Positions 54,154 to 63,512 of a stretch of DNA of 64,000 bases are shown here, piece after piece (within the stretch, counting starts at the first letter, position 1; every line of letters begins with the position of its first letter). Made by a program: the position numbers and the translations under genes. The stretch comes from a virus. The DNA is taken from IMG/VR virus record IMGVR_UViG_637000095_000001; one strand, written 5' to 3'. Below the pieces are notes generated by a model that was not told the DNA's origin, searched no databases, and worked only from the letters and a program-made list of their open reading frames with translations.

Positions 54154-55727
54154 TGGCGGATTGGTTCAAGGACAATCTGCTCGGCCTGCTGCCGCCGCTT
54201 TACGAGCACAACGACGAGGCCGGTGACCTGCGCACCTTTCTGAGCCTTCCCGCCGGAACGCTCGACGAGCTCAAGCAGGCCATCGACGATTTCCCGACCA
54301 TCTTCGATGTGGATCATTGCGACGAGCGCTTCCTGCCGTTGCTGGCGAGACTCGTCGGCCTCGAAGTGGACGGCACCTGTTCGCCGGACTGCCAGCGCCG
54401 CCGTGTGCGGGAGGCGGTCGAAATCTATCGTCGAAAGGGGACCATTCCGGCCATCGAACGCGACTTCAATGCGCTTGGTTGGCAGGGGAAACTGCAGGAG
54501 ACCTTCCGCTCGGCTCTGCGCCTCAATGCCCGTTCCAGACTCAGCAGCGCCAAGCTGCCCGGGCTGGTGTTCAGCCTCGGCGTGTTTCGCGTGCTGTGTC
54601 TCAACCAGACCGAGGGGCTGCGCGACGCCCTGGTGTTTCACCACCCGGCGGGCACGCGCTGTTTTTGGCTCCAGTTCCTGCTCGAATGGATCGAAGGCGG
54701 CGCGATGCTCGACTTCGGACACGCCAACGCCGTGCGCCGTATCGTATTGGCGTTTCTCGACGAGACCTTCGTCCTTGGCCGCTCCTCGCTCGGTTCCTGC
54801 CGTCACCTGACCAACAAGCAGAGAGTCTGGGAGCTGCTGCAGCTCACCAGCACCACGGAGATGCTCCCGGAAATCGACCGGGCCGCCGTTAAGGTCTTTC
54901 GCTTTCACGGCCGTCAGAATCGGATGCGTCTAAACCACCGGACCCTCAACGCCTGGCGGCTTCCGTACACCCGCGTCGGCGAGGACCGGGTTTCCTTCTG
55001 CACGCCCATCTACACCGGCCGCGACTTCGAAGGGGATGTGCTGGAAAGCGGTTTCGGGCTCGGCGAAAGCCATCTCAACCGTAAATCACTGACCCATGGC
55101 GAGACCGCGCTGCGCTACTGCTTCCGGCAGAAGGATTTCTTTTTCGACACGCAGGCTGAACCGGTCGAGCGGGCGGAGGCCAAGTACGACCTGCGCCTGC
55201 CCTTGGAATCTCGACACCGTCTCTGCTTCCAGCTCGGCCGCGCCAGGCTCAACGCTGGTCTCGACCTCACCGCCAACCAGGGCGGGATCAGCAATCTGCT
55301 GCTCGCCTCCACCGCTGGCTGCGACGCGGACGTCACCCTGGCCGTGGACCGGATCGACCGATGGCGGCGGAGAGGGCCTGTGTTCCGGCTCAACGCGAAC
55401 ACCCTGAACACCCGGTATCTGAGCAATGCGAATCTGACCGGCGAACGGGCCTCGCTTGAAGTCTACGTGGACACGGGCTCTCTCCAGCGCCATCGGGTCG
55501 AGACCATGAAGCTGGGCGCGAGCCCACTCAACACCACCGGCCTGCGCCTCTCCGTTGACCGGACCCGCCCGATGCGCATCAGCCGCATGCGCCTCAATCA
55601 GGCCGGATTCCGCTGGTCGCGGCCGTCCTACCGCTGGCTGTTCCGTCAGCAGGACCTGCACGCGCCCACGCAGGCCGGGTTCGAGGCCGCCAACAACAAC
55701 TATCGCGCCACCCAGTGGCCCATCTGA
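54153..55727 (+). CDS. Tail protein I / baseplate wedge (gpI-like) with repeat-rich C-terminus
   Basis: LP.LY...FLPLLARLVG...YRRKGT..AIE; HHPAGT; repeated FxL(G/N)xxxLN. Confidence 0.75.
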   Translation: MADWFKDNLLGLLPPLYEHNDEAGDLRTFLSLPAGTLDELKQAIDDFPTIFDVDHCDERFLPLLARLVGLEVDGTCSPDCQRRRVREAVEIYRRKGTIPAIERDFNALGWQGKLQETFRSALRLNARSRLSSAKLPGLVFSLGVFRVLCLNQTEGLRDALVFHHPAGTRCFWLQFLLEWIEGGAMLDFGHANAVRRIVLAFLDETFVLGRSSLGSCRHLTNKQRVWELLQLTSTTEMLPEIDRAAVKVFRFHGRQNRMRLNHRTLNAWRLPYTRVGEDRVSFCTPIYTGRDFEGDVLESGFGLGESHLNRKSLTHGETALRYCFRQKDFFFDTQAEPVERAEAKYDLRLPLESRHRLCFQLGRARLNAGLDLTANQGGISNLLLASTAGCDADVTLAVDRIDRWRRRGPVFRLNANTLNTRYLSNANLTGERASLEVYVDTGSLQRHRVETMKLGASPLNTTGLRLSVDRTRPMRISRMRLNQAGFRWSRPSYRWLFRQQDLHAPTQAGFEAANNNYRATQWPI

Positions 55728-55737
55728 AGGAGAACCC

Positions 55738-56331
55738 ATGGCGATACATCTCTATCTTAACGAAGCGCTGACCCAGCAGATTTCCGAGGGGGATTTCAGC
55801 CGCCCCGAGGCCGAGAGCTACAACGGCACCGACGGCGACATCAAGGATCGGCAGCTCTACGTCGCCAACGAGCAGACGAGCCTCCCTACGGCCATTGACG
55901 CGGCGCAGACCTCCATCGCCCTGGCCGACCCGCGCTTTGCCGACGGCGAACTCATCATCATCGATGGCGAGCAGATGCTCATCGAAAGCGGCGGCGGCAC
56001 CGCCAACCTCACCGTGCAGCGGGGCGTGGCCAACACCGCTCCGACCGCGCACGACGCCGGGACGACCATCTATTCCGGCTACGACTACACCGGGCTGGTG
56101 CTCGATCCCATCGACGAAACCGGCACCGACGAAGCGGTCTGGTACCGCCTGGCCCTGACCCAGGCCGAACTCGACACCGCCACCCAGGGCGCACCGCTCA
56201 ATCTCGGCGACAAGGCATTCCAGCAGACGCTGTCTTTCTGGCGGCGCTGCACCGTACTCCCGGGCACACCGGTGCAAAACAAACTCGACATCAAGCTGCG
56301 CCTGACCGGCACGGAAAACCCGATTCTCTAA
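55738..56331 (+). CDS. Tail/fibre-associated structural protein
   Basis: AAGGAG RBS; IIIDGEQM...LTVQRG..NT.P.AH.AG. Confidence 0.65.
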   Translation: MAIHLYLNEALTQQISEGDFSRPEAESYNGTDGDIKDRQLYVANEQTSLPTAIDAAQTSIALADPRFADGELIIIDGEQMLIESGGGTANLTVQRGVANTAPTAHDAGTTIYSGYDYTGLVLDPIDETGTDEAVWYRLALTQAELDTATQGAPLNLGDKAFQQTLSFWRRCTVLPGTPVQNKLDIKLRLTGTENPIL

Positions 56332-56341
56332 GGAGGCCGCC

Positions 56342-57331
56342 ATGGCATACCACAGCATTCAAGGACTCGCCCACGGTCGGCTCGACCTACTCAATCAACT
56401 GCGGACCTTTCTGGTGACCACCACCGGATGGACCCTGCACGACGACCAGTCGGCCGACCCGCAGCCATATTTCGTCTTCAAGTCGCACGGGGAATCCGGG
56501 GCCGAGGACGTCTATCTGCAGTTTCGTATCAGCACCACCTCCGGGCGGATTCACGTCGCTGCATTCCAGTATTGGGACTCGGCTACCCACACCGGCGTCA
56601 ACGAGGCTTCGCACACCAGTTACACATACCTGCGGGTGGAGGACAGCGCCGACTTCATCTTCTGGCTGTTCGCCGACCTGGACCACGTCTTCGTGGTGAC
56701 CAAGCTCGTCTCCACCTACTACGGCCATTACAGCGGATTGCTGAAACGGTTCTGGTCCGGGGCCGTCGCGCTCACGCAGGCGGCGGTCACTGCCGGAAGC
56801 GGCGTGGTGCTTCAGGTCAACGACGCCACCGTGGTCACGCCCGGACAGGACTATGTGATCAAGGACGACGCGGGCATCGAACGCGTGCGGGTGAGCGCCA
56901 TCGACAACGCTGCCACGCCGAACACCATCACCGTAGAGACCCTCGTTCGGGATTACGCCTCGGGAGCCAAAATCGGCGAGGACCCACAGCCGGTCGTCAA
57001 CAGCTACTACAACGCGCCGGGCACCTTTTACGCCGTGAACAAGTTCGACGGCTGGACCTCCGCCTCCGGCCAGCAGGGCCGCTGCGGCGCGGCAAATGGT
57101 GGGCTCCAGGGCGAAACCGATCCGGAGACACGCTACGGCACCACCATCCTCTTTCCCTGGCTCGCCTCGATGTCCGGCTCCGCCGTCTACCAGGAACTGC
57201 GCGGCGAACTCATCGAGATCTTCTCCGTGGGCGGCGGCAACGTCGCCTCGGAAGACACCATTCAGATCGGAACGGACAGCTACCGCGTGTTCAACCTGAC
57301 CACCGGCGGCTGGTGCGCGGTGAAGGAGTAA
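56342..57331 (+). CDS. Putative virion/fibre protein
   Basis: AAGGAGG RBS; beta-rich 329 aa. Confidence 0.65.
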   Translation: MAYHSIQGLAHGRLDLLNQLRTFLVTTTGWTLHDDQSADPQPYFVFKSHGESGAEDVYLQFRISTTSGRIHVAAFQYWDSATHTGVNEASHTSYTYLRVEDSADFIFWLFADLDHVFVVTKLVSTYYGHYSGLLKRFWSGAVALTQAAVTAGSGVVLQVNDATVVTPGQDYVIKDDAGIERVRVSAIDNAATPNTITVETLVRDYASGAKIGEDPQPVVNSYYNAPGTFYAVNKFDGWTSASGQQGRCGAANGGLQGETDPETRYGTTILFPWLASMSGSAVYQELRGELIEIFSVGGGNVASEDTIQIGTDSYRVFNLTTGGWCAVKE

Positions 57332-57335
57332 CGCC

Positions 57336-57467
57336 ATGGCAACGCATAGCGGAAAGCTCAAAACCATCACCACGATCACCGGTCAGCGTCGCCCGGAAAC
57401 GCTCCTGTCCATGAACCGTGGCCAGGCGCTCAAGCTCAGCGGGAGGATTCGCCGTGGCCGTGCATAA
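57336..57467 (+). CDS. 43-aa ORF paralogous to the N-terminus of the next gene
   Basis: AAGGAG RBS; MATHSGKLKTITTITGQRRPETLLS; below the ORF-track cutoff. Confidence 0.5.
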   Translation: MATHSGKLKTITTITGQRRPETLLSMNRGQALKLSGRIRRGRA

Positions 57468-57915
57468 GGGACAACTGGCATCCATTACCACCCGCCGAGG
57501 CATCCGGCGGCCGGAACTGCTCGCCATCGGCGCGGCGCAACCCGGAGCGCTCTTCGAGCTGTTTTCCGGGGCACCGGTCAGGCGCACGGTGATGGTCCGG
57601 GCCGACAGCGCGGTGCGGGTCGCCCATCGGCTCGAACGTCGATCCGACCTCGCGCTTCGCGTGAACAACCGCCTGAACCGGAGCGCCGACCTGTGGCTCG
57701 TCGTCCATGGCCGTCTGGGCGTCGATGCCGACGCGGCGGTGCGGGTGACGCGCCCCTGGCTGCGGAGCATCGACACCAGCGTCCGGACGTCCGGCGCACA
57801 CATCAGTCTATCCGACACCGTTCAGCGCATCGCGATCCCGGCCGGGATGCTGGCCGACACGCGCCAGATCCTGTTCGCGGTGCTCATCGATCAAGACCAC
57901 GAAATTCAGACCTAA
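57454..57915 (+). CDS. Hypothetical tail-region protein
   Basis: GGAGG RBS, GTG start; MAVHKGQLASITTRRGIRRPELL. Confidence 0.6.
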   Translation: MAVHKGQLASITTRRGIRRPELLAIGAAQPGALFELFSGAPVRRTVMVRADSAVRVAHRLERRSDLALRVNNRLNRSADLWLVVHGRLGVDADAAVRVTRPWLRSIDTSVRTSGAHISLSDTVQRIAIPAGMLADTRQILFAVLIDQDHEIQT

Positions 57916-57927
57916 AGGAGAACAGCA

Positions 57928-58461
57928 ATGGCACTGGGACTCATCGTCAAAACCGGCCGGATACTGACGGCCAAACTCCTCCTCGGCCAGGCCGTGGACG
58001 GCATCACCCACTGCGCCATCGGCGACGGGGATGCCAGCTTCAGCGACCCGCAGAATCCGCCCGCGCCGGACATCGGCCAGACCGGGCTCAGAAACGAACG
58101 CGCCCGCAAGTGCTACTACAAGCGGACCTTCCTCAAGGAGGACGCCGAAGGGGCGCTGCTGGTCAACGGCGTGCGCTATCTCGAAACCGGCGAGGAGACC
58201 AACACCATCGGCATCTTCTTTCGCTTCGACGAGGCAGAGGCCAACGGCATCACCATCCGCGAATACGGCTTCTTCGGCGGCGACGTGCAGTACGTGCAAA
58301 GCGTCACCGGGGATCTCGCCATGGGCGGCGTGTTCCATCAGGACACCAATCCGACCGGCGAGGTGCTGCGCCCGGGCTACCTGTACGAGGTGAAAAACAT
58401 TCCCGACTTCAACAAGATTTCCGACACCCGCGTGGAGCTGGTCGGGATCATCAAGATCTAA
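57928..58461 (+). CDS. Tail collar/fibre attachment protein
   Basis: GRILTAKLL...ITHCAIGDG...P...QTGLRNERAR, ITIREYGFFGG. Confidence 0.7.
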   Translation: MALGLIVKTGRILTAKLLLGQAVDGITHCAIGDGDASFSDPQNPPAPDIGQTGLRNERARKCYYKRTFLKEDAEGALLVNGVRYLETGEETNTIGIFFRFDEAEANGITIREYGFFGGDVQYVQSVTGDLAMGGVFHQDTNPTGEVLRPGYLYEVKNIPDFNKISDTRVELVGIIKI

Positions 58462-58476
58462 CTGGAGGATTCAAAC

Positions 58477-61400
58477 ATGAGCATCTCACGTGAGACATTC
58501 GACCCGACCAAGAATTACAAGCGCATCCGTTACCATCAGGATCGCGACCTGCTGGATTCAGAACTCAACGAACAACAGGACATCGTCAACCTGGAGCGGC
58601 GCAAGATCGCCGACATCCTGTTCAAGGAAGGCTCCATCATCATGGGCCTCGAGGTCAGCGCGGCCGCCAACATCCTGACCCTGGCCCCGGGCGTGGTCTA
58701 CATCGACGGCCACCTGGAACAGGTGAGCGGCGCGACCCTGACCTATGACCCGGCCACCACCAGCGGGGCCGATTACGTCTATGTGGAGCTGCTGAAGTAC
58801 AACTACGGCTACACCCAGGACCCGGCCCTGATCAATCCGGCCACCGGCGAGCCCACCGCCGAAAGGGAAAAATGGGTTCTTTCTCTCAAGGCGACGGACA
58901 CCAGCGGCCAGACGCTGCCCAACAACGTGGCCGAGCGCCGGGTGATACCGATCTACAAGTTCGACCGCGAGAGCGGCGACGTCACGCCCACGGTGCAGGA
59001 GAAATCCAACCTCTACCTGCGGGATCTGCTGGGCACGCTGCCGGGCAGCCGGATCACCGTCTCCTCGATCACCGAGGACCAGCTCTCCTTCGCCGCCGCC
59101 GAGGGGCTCAACTCACTGATTCAGAACCTGGCCGAGCGCACCTTCGACCAGGCCGGAAGCTATCTGGTGCGGGGCTTCGACACCTTCATCGGCGGCGTCG
59201 ACGACGACAGTGTGGAGGCGATCACCAACGCCGGACGCGCCTACATCCAGGGCTTCCGGCATCAGCGCGATCTACCCACCTCGTCCCTGGTGCCCAAATC
59301 CATCGCCACCAAGTCGGTGCGCGGCGAGCAGAAAACCTTCGACATCAACAAGCGCCGCTATCCGGTCAACTCCACGCCACTCAAGGAAACGACCCAGGTG
59401 GAGGCCATCGTCGAGATCACCCGCAACGTCACTCGCGGCTCGGTGGGCGGCGGCGAAGACCTGCTCGACCCCAATCCGGTGGTGGACATCCTCGAGGTCA
59501 GCCAAGGGGCGACCATCTTCCAGGAGGGCGTGGACTGGCAGCAGTCGGGCAACCATGTCGACTGGCTCGGCTCCGGCAACGAACCGGCCATCGGCACCAC
59601 CTATACGGTGCGCTGGACCTACACCAAGCAGATGATCAAGGGCACCGACTACGTGGATAGCGGCTGGTTCGGACAGGCCAACCATCCAGCGGCCGGAAAC
59701 TATTTCTATCTGGTGACCGCCTACAACGCCACCGGCGAGACGGCCTTCAACGCCGCTGCGGTCATTGCCCGGGCCACCGCCGCCGGGGAGATGAACAAGC
59801 TCTCCTGGCTGCCGGTCAGCGGCGCGACCGGCTATCGCGTCTACCGGGCCGCCACCAACGGCGCACGCACCGACTACAAGCGCCTGATGGAACTGGGCAG
59901 CGATGCGCTCTCCTACGTCGACGACGGCGTCGAGGAGATCGGCACCGCTTCGCCTCCGGCCACCAACACGGCCGGACTCACCATGTCGCCGGTCCAGCTC
60001 GAGCTGGGCAACCTCAACGTGATCAACTTCGGGCGCGGCAGCCTCGGCGACCAGCCGGTGAACGGCTCCAACTGCAGCCTGGACTACGACTATTACCTCG
60101 GCCGCCGCGACATCGTTTACGCCACCACCACCGAGATCAAACGGCTGGAAGGGGCTCCTGCCGATTTTCCGAAGCTGCCCATCGTGCCGGAAAACGCCCT
60201 GGGGCTGTGCAGCATCGACTGCCCGCCCAACTCCACCGACATGGAGATCCGCAACTTCGGCCTGACCCGCATCACCATGGACCAGATCCACGACATCATT
60301 CAGGACGTCGAGGACCTGAAGTACAACGATGCCCAGTACCAGATGAACAACGAGCTGCAGAACCGGGACGCCCAGACCAAGAAAGGTATCTACTCGGACG
60401 ACTTCTCGAACACCGCCCAGTCGGACATCTACCACGCCGAATGGGACGCCCGAGTAAACGAGATCGCCCGCTTCGTCGCGCCGGACCGCATTCCGCACTC
60501 CACCGTGCTCTCGGTCGATCAGGCGGGCAGCAACGCCAGCTTCTTTGGCAGCCTGGCGCTGCTGCCGGGCAACGAGACCGTGCTGGTGGAGCAGAACGAC
60601 TGGTCCGAGGAGCGCAACATCAACCCCTACGCGGTGTTCGACAAGCCCCCGGCCATGCTGCAGATCACGCCCAACCTCGGGCGGCGCGGCCAGACCGGCA
60701 TCGCCGTCACCGGCATCAACTTCACCCCGAGCAAGTCCGGCATCGTGCTGCGCTGCGACGGCCAGGTGATGGCCAGCAACCTGATCAGCGACGAGGCCGG
60801 TCGGGTCAGCGCCTCCTTCACCATCCCGACCAACGCCCGCAACGGCAACCGGATCGTGGAGATGGCCGACGGCGTCTACTCGGCCCGGGCCAGCCTGCAG
60901 ATCAACGATCCGCTGGTCATCACCCGCATCGAGCGCATCATCGAGAACCGCATCATCCGCGTGCCCGTGGTGCAAGTGGTCTGGCGCACCCAGACCATCT
61001 TCGTGCCCCGCGATCCGCTGGCCCAGACCTTCAGTTTCACCCAAAACCAGGTGATCTCCAGCATTGGTCTGCAGTTCACCGCCAGGGACCCGAGCATCCC
61101 GGTCACGGTGCAGATTCGCGGCGTCACCACCGGTCTGCCCAACGGCGTGGTGTTCGCCGAGAAGGTGCTGGCCCCGAACGAGATCAGTCTGAGCGGCGAG
61201 ACCCGCATTCGTTTCGACGACCCGTTCTACGCCGAGGCCAACACGAGCTACGCCGTGGTGCTGCTGACCAACAGCACCAACTACAAGGTGCGCACCGCCA
61301 CCCTGGGCAAGATGGGCCGCTGGGGCATCATCACCCGGCAGACCTACATGGAGGGCGTGCTGCTGGAGAGTTCCAACGCCGAGACCTGGACGCCGCTCAA

Positions 61401-62025
61401 CGGCTCCGACCTGGCGATGAAGATCTACGGCTACAACTTCCAGTCCGAGGGCATGATCCGCTTCCAGCCGATCAACGGCGTGCAGTTCTCCGATATCAAC
61501 CTCGACGAATACTCGGCCATCCCCCAGGGCACCGGTCTCGACTGGGAATACTCCACCGACGGCGGCGTGACCTGGGACGCCATGGTTCCCGCCGAGGAGG
61601 AACGGCTGCCCAACCTCGCCACCCGGGTCCAGATCCGCGTGCGCCTGAGCAGCTCGCTTCCCAACGACACCCCGGCCATCAACTTCCGCGACGTCAACCT
61701 GGTGGGCTACCTCAACAAGACCACCGGGGCCTACCTGACCCGCGAGAACGAGCTGACTCAGGGGGTGGAATCGACCAAAGCCTATGTGCAGATGCAGATC
61801 CCCAGCGGCACCACCCTGCAATGGTTCGCCAGCAACGACGGCGGCCTGACCTGGGAGGCGATGACCGTCCAGGACACCCGGCCCATCGACGAGAACTGGA
61901 CCGAGTACACCCTGGTGCGAACCTTCACCGACAACACCGGCAACAAGGTCCGTTACAAGGCCGAGATGACCGGCACGCCGCTGATCTACCCGCGCATCCA
62001 TTCGCTGGGCGCAACCCTGAGCTAA
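58477..62025 (+). CDS. DUF4815-like large tail/baseplate fibre protein
   Basis: FDPTKNYKRIRY...SELNEQQD, GRAYIQG, GIYSDDFS, RDPLAQTF. Confidence 0.8.
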   Translation: MSISRETFDPTKNYKRIRYHQDRDLLDSELNEQQDIVNLERRKIADILFKEGSIIMGLEVSAAANILTLAPGVVYIDGHLEQVSGATLTYDPATTSGADYVYVELLKYNYGYTQDPALINPATGEPTAEREKWVLSLKATDTSGQTLPNNVAERRVIPIYKFDRESGDVTPTVQEKSNLYLRDLLGTLPGSRITVSSITEDQLSFAAAEGLNSLIQNLAERTFDQAGSYLVRGFDTFIGGVDDDSVEAITNAGRAYIQGFRHQRDLPTSSLVPKSIATKSVRGEQKTFDINKRRYPVNSTPLKETTQVEAIVEITRNVTRGSVGGGEDLLDPNPVVDILEVSQGATIFQEGVDWQQSGNHVDWLGSGNEPAIGTTYTVRWTYTKQMIKGTDYVDSGWFGQANHPAAGNYFYLVTAYNATGETAFNAAAVIARATAAGEMNKLSWLPVSGATGYRVYRAATNGARTDYKRLMELGSDALSYVDDGVEEIGTASPPATNTAGLTMSPVQLELGNLNVINFGRGSLGDQPVNGSNCSLDYDYYLGRRDIVYATTTEIKRLEGAPADFPKLPIVPENALGLCSIDCPPNSTDMEIRNFGLTRITMDQIHDIIQDVEDLKYNDAQYQMNNELQNRDAQTKKGIYSDDFSNTAQSDIYHAEWDARVNEIARFVAPDRIPHSTVLSVDQAGSNASFFGSLALLPGNETVLVEQNDWSEERNINPYAVFDKPPAMLQITPNLGRRGQTGIAVTGINFTPSKSGIVLRCDGQVMASNLISDEAGRVSASFTIPTNARNGNRIVEMADGVYSARASLQINDPLVITRIERIIENRIIRVPVVQVVWRTQTIFVPRDPLAQTFSFTQNQVISSIGLQFTARDPSIPVTVQIRGVTTGLPNGVVFAEKVLAPNEISLSGETRIRFDDPFYAEANTSYAVVLLTNSTNYKVRTATLGKMGRWGIITRQTYMEGVLLESSNAETWTPLNGSDLAMKIYGYNFQSEGMIRFQPINGVQFSDINLDEYSAIPQGTGLDWEYSTDGGVTWDAMVPAEEERLPNLATRVQIRVRLSSSLPNDTPAINFRDVNLVGYLNKTTGAYLTRENELTQGVESTKAYVQMQIPSGTTLQWFASNDGGLTWEAMTVQDTRPIDENWTEYTLVRTFTDNTGNKVRYKAEMTGTPLIYPRIHSLGATLS

Positions 62026-62037
62026 GGAGGCACGGCC

Positions 62038-62295
62038 ATGATCGTTCGACGCAAAGGCGGCCTGACCGAGTTCATCCCCACGCCGCAAGAGAAGCGCGAC
62101 GGCTTGATCCGCGACCACGTCCTGGGCCTGCTGGAGAATCTGCACCAGCGCCTGGCGCGGCTGGAGCGGGCGTCAAAGCTCCCGGCCGACGAAGCAGAGG
62201 CCTTCACGGCGCTGCTGGCGCGGATGCGGGCCGACGAGTCGCGCAACCTCGAGCTGCACGCCAGCCTGATCACCTCTGATACCGCCTCCGGCTGA
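62038..62295 (+). CDS. Small hypothetical protein (possible fibre chaperone)
   Basis: AAGGAGG RBS; last gene before a hairpin. Confidence 0.65.
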   Translation: MIVRRKGGLTEFIPTPQEKRDGLIRDHVLGLLENLHQRLARLERASKLPADEAEAFTALLARMRADESRNLELHASLITSDTASG

Positions 62296-62319
62296 CCCGC
62301 TCGCTGCCACCGCCAATCC

Positions 62320-62359
62320 AGAAACCCCGGATACGGCCAGCCCGTTCCGGGGTTTCTTC
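62320..62359 (+). terminator. Terminator-like hairpin ending the structural operon
   Basis: AGAAACCCCGGA...TCCGGGGTTTCT 12-bp stem. Confidence 0.6.
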
Positions 62360-62440
62360 CGTCTGTGCGCCGCCCAATCCGGCCAAGTTCGCAAGTCATT
62401 GAAAATAAACGTGTTAAATGTCGGCTTCGGCTGTTCTTCT

Positions 62441-62472
62441 ACTTGATTTGTGTCCGGAAAGAAGCATTCATT
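62441..62472 (+). promoter_or_regulatory. Accessory-cassette promoter motif ACTTGATTT-N10-AGAAGC (copy B)
   Basis: ACTTGATTTGTGTCCGGAAAGAAGCATTCATT upstream of the amidoligase. Confidence 0.5.
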
Positions 62473-62544
62473 CATGGTGTAAGCAGAGGCTAAAAAGCCT
62501 TGCCAGACAACGACTTAGAAGCGCCATGAACGACGGAGGCACGC

Positions 62545-63501
62545 ATGAACCTGAAAGAGATCCACTACGGGATCGAGATCGAGACCGTAAAACGCACCCG
62601 GGAGCAGATCGCCTGGGCCATCCACTCGGTGGTGGGCGGCACGGTCCGCCATGTCGGCATCCCCAGCAGCTATGACCCCTGGGAGGTCGAGGACCTGCGC
62701 GGCCGCGTCTGGAAAGTGGTGGGGGATGCCTCCCTGACCAGCGTCCCGGCCCACCTGCGGGCCGAGGTGGTCAGCCCGGTGCTCGGCTACGACGACATCC
62801 CGCAACTGCAGGAGGCGGTCCGGGCCATCCGCCGCGCCGGGGGCAAGATCAACAGCCAGTGCGGCATCCACATCCATATCGACGCCGCGCCCTTCGACGG
62901 CAGGCACCTGGGGAACCTGGCCAAGATCATCTACAAGCAAGAGCCGCTGATTCTCCACGCCCTCGGCATCAGCCGCGACCGGCTCAACCGCTACACCCGG
63001 CCGGTCAGCGACGAGCTGATCCAACGCATCGAACAGCATCGCCCGCGCACCAAGGACCAGCTCAACCGCATCTGGTACGGCTACCACAACCGCCAGCCCC
63101 AGCACTACGACAACAGCCGCTACCACGGGGTCAACCTGCACAACGTCTGGTACCGGGGCACGGTGGAGTTCCGCTGGTTCGAGGCGACCCTTCACGCGGG
63201 GCGGATCAAGGCCTACCTGCAGTTCTGCCTCGCCGTCGCCGCCAAGGCGCTCAACGGTCGGGCCGCCTCCAGCCGCAAGCGGGACTTCGATCCCCAGAGC
63301 GCCAAGTACGACTTTCGAGTCTTCCTGCTCCACCTCGGCCTGATCGGCGACGAGTTTAAGACCGCCCGCAAGCATCTGATGGCCAACATGCCCGGCGACG
63401 CCGCCTTCAAGAACGGACGGCCTAAACCGGAGGAGGTCCTTCCGGACGAAACCACCACTCACACCAACGAGGCCGGGCAAGTTCCCGGCCTCACTGTTTA
63501 A
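62545..63501 (+). CDS. Putative amidoligase (Amidoligase_2 / COOH-NH2 ligase family)
   Basis: [42 protein letters not shown]. Confidence 0.88.
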   Translation: MNLKEIHYGIEIETVKRTREQIAWAIHSVVGGTVRHVGIPSSYDPWEVEDLRGRVWKVVGDASLTSVPAHLRAEVVSPVLGYDDIPQLQEAVRAIRRAGGKINSQCGIHIHIDAAPFDGRHLGNLAKIIYKQEPLILHALGISRDRLNRYTRPVSDELIQRIEQHRPRTKDQLNRIWYGYHNRQPQHYDNSRYHGVNLHNVWYRGTVEFRWFEATLHAGRIKAYLQFCLAVAAKALNGRAASSRKRDFDPQSAKYDFRVFLLHLGLIGDEFKTARKHLMANMPGDAAFKNGRPKPEEVLPDETTTHTNEAGQVPGLTV

Positions 63502-63512
63502 GGAGGGGCTCC

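Noticed and set aside
56342-62025. Diversity-generating retroelement or fibre invertase system
   Set aside because: No reverse transcriptase, no TR/VR pair, and no inverted crossover repeats seen around the fibre genes
26303-62145. Long minus-strand ORFs (e.g. 28415..30538, 31897..33852, 34270..36189, 38129..40111, 59272..62145)
   Set aside because: Antisense shadows of GC-rich, codon-biased plus-strand genes; no motifs or RBS
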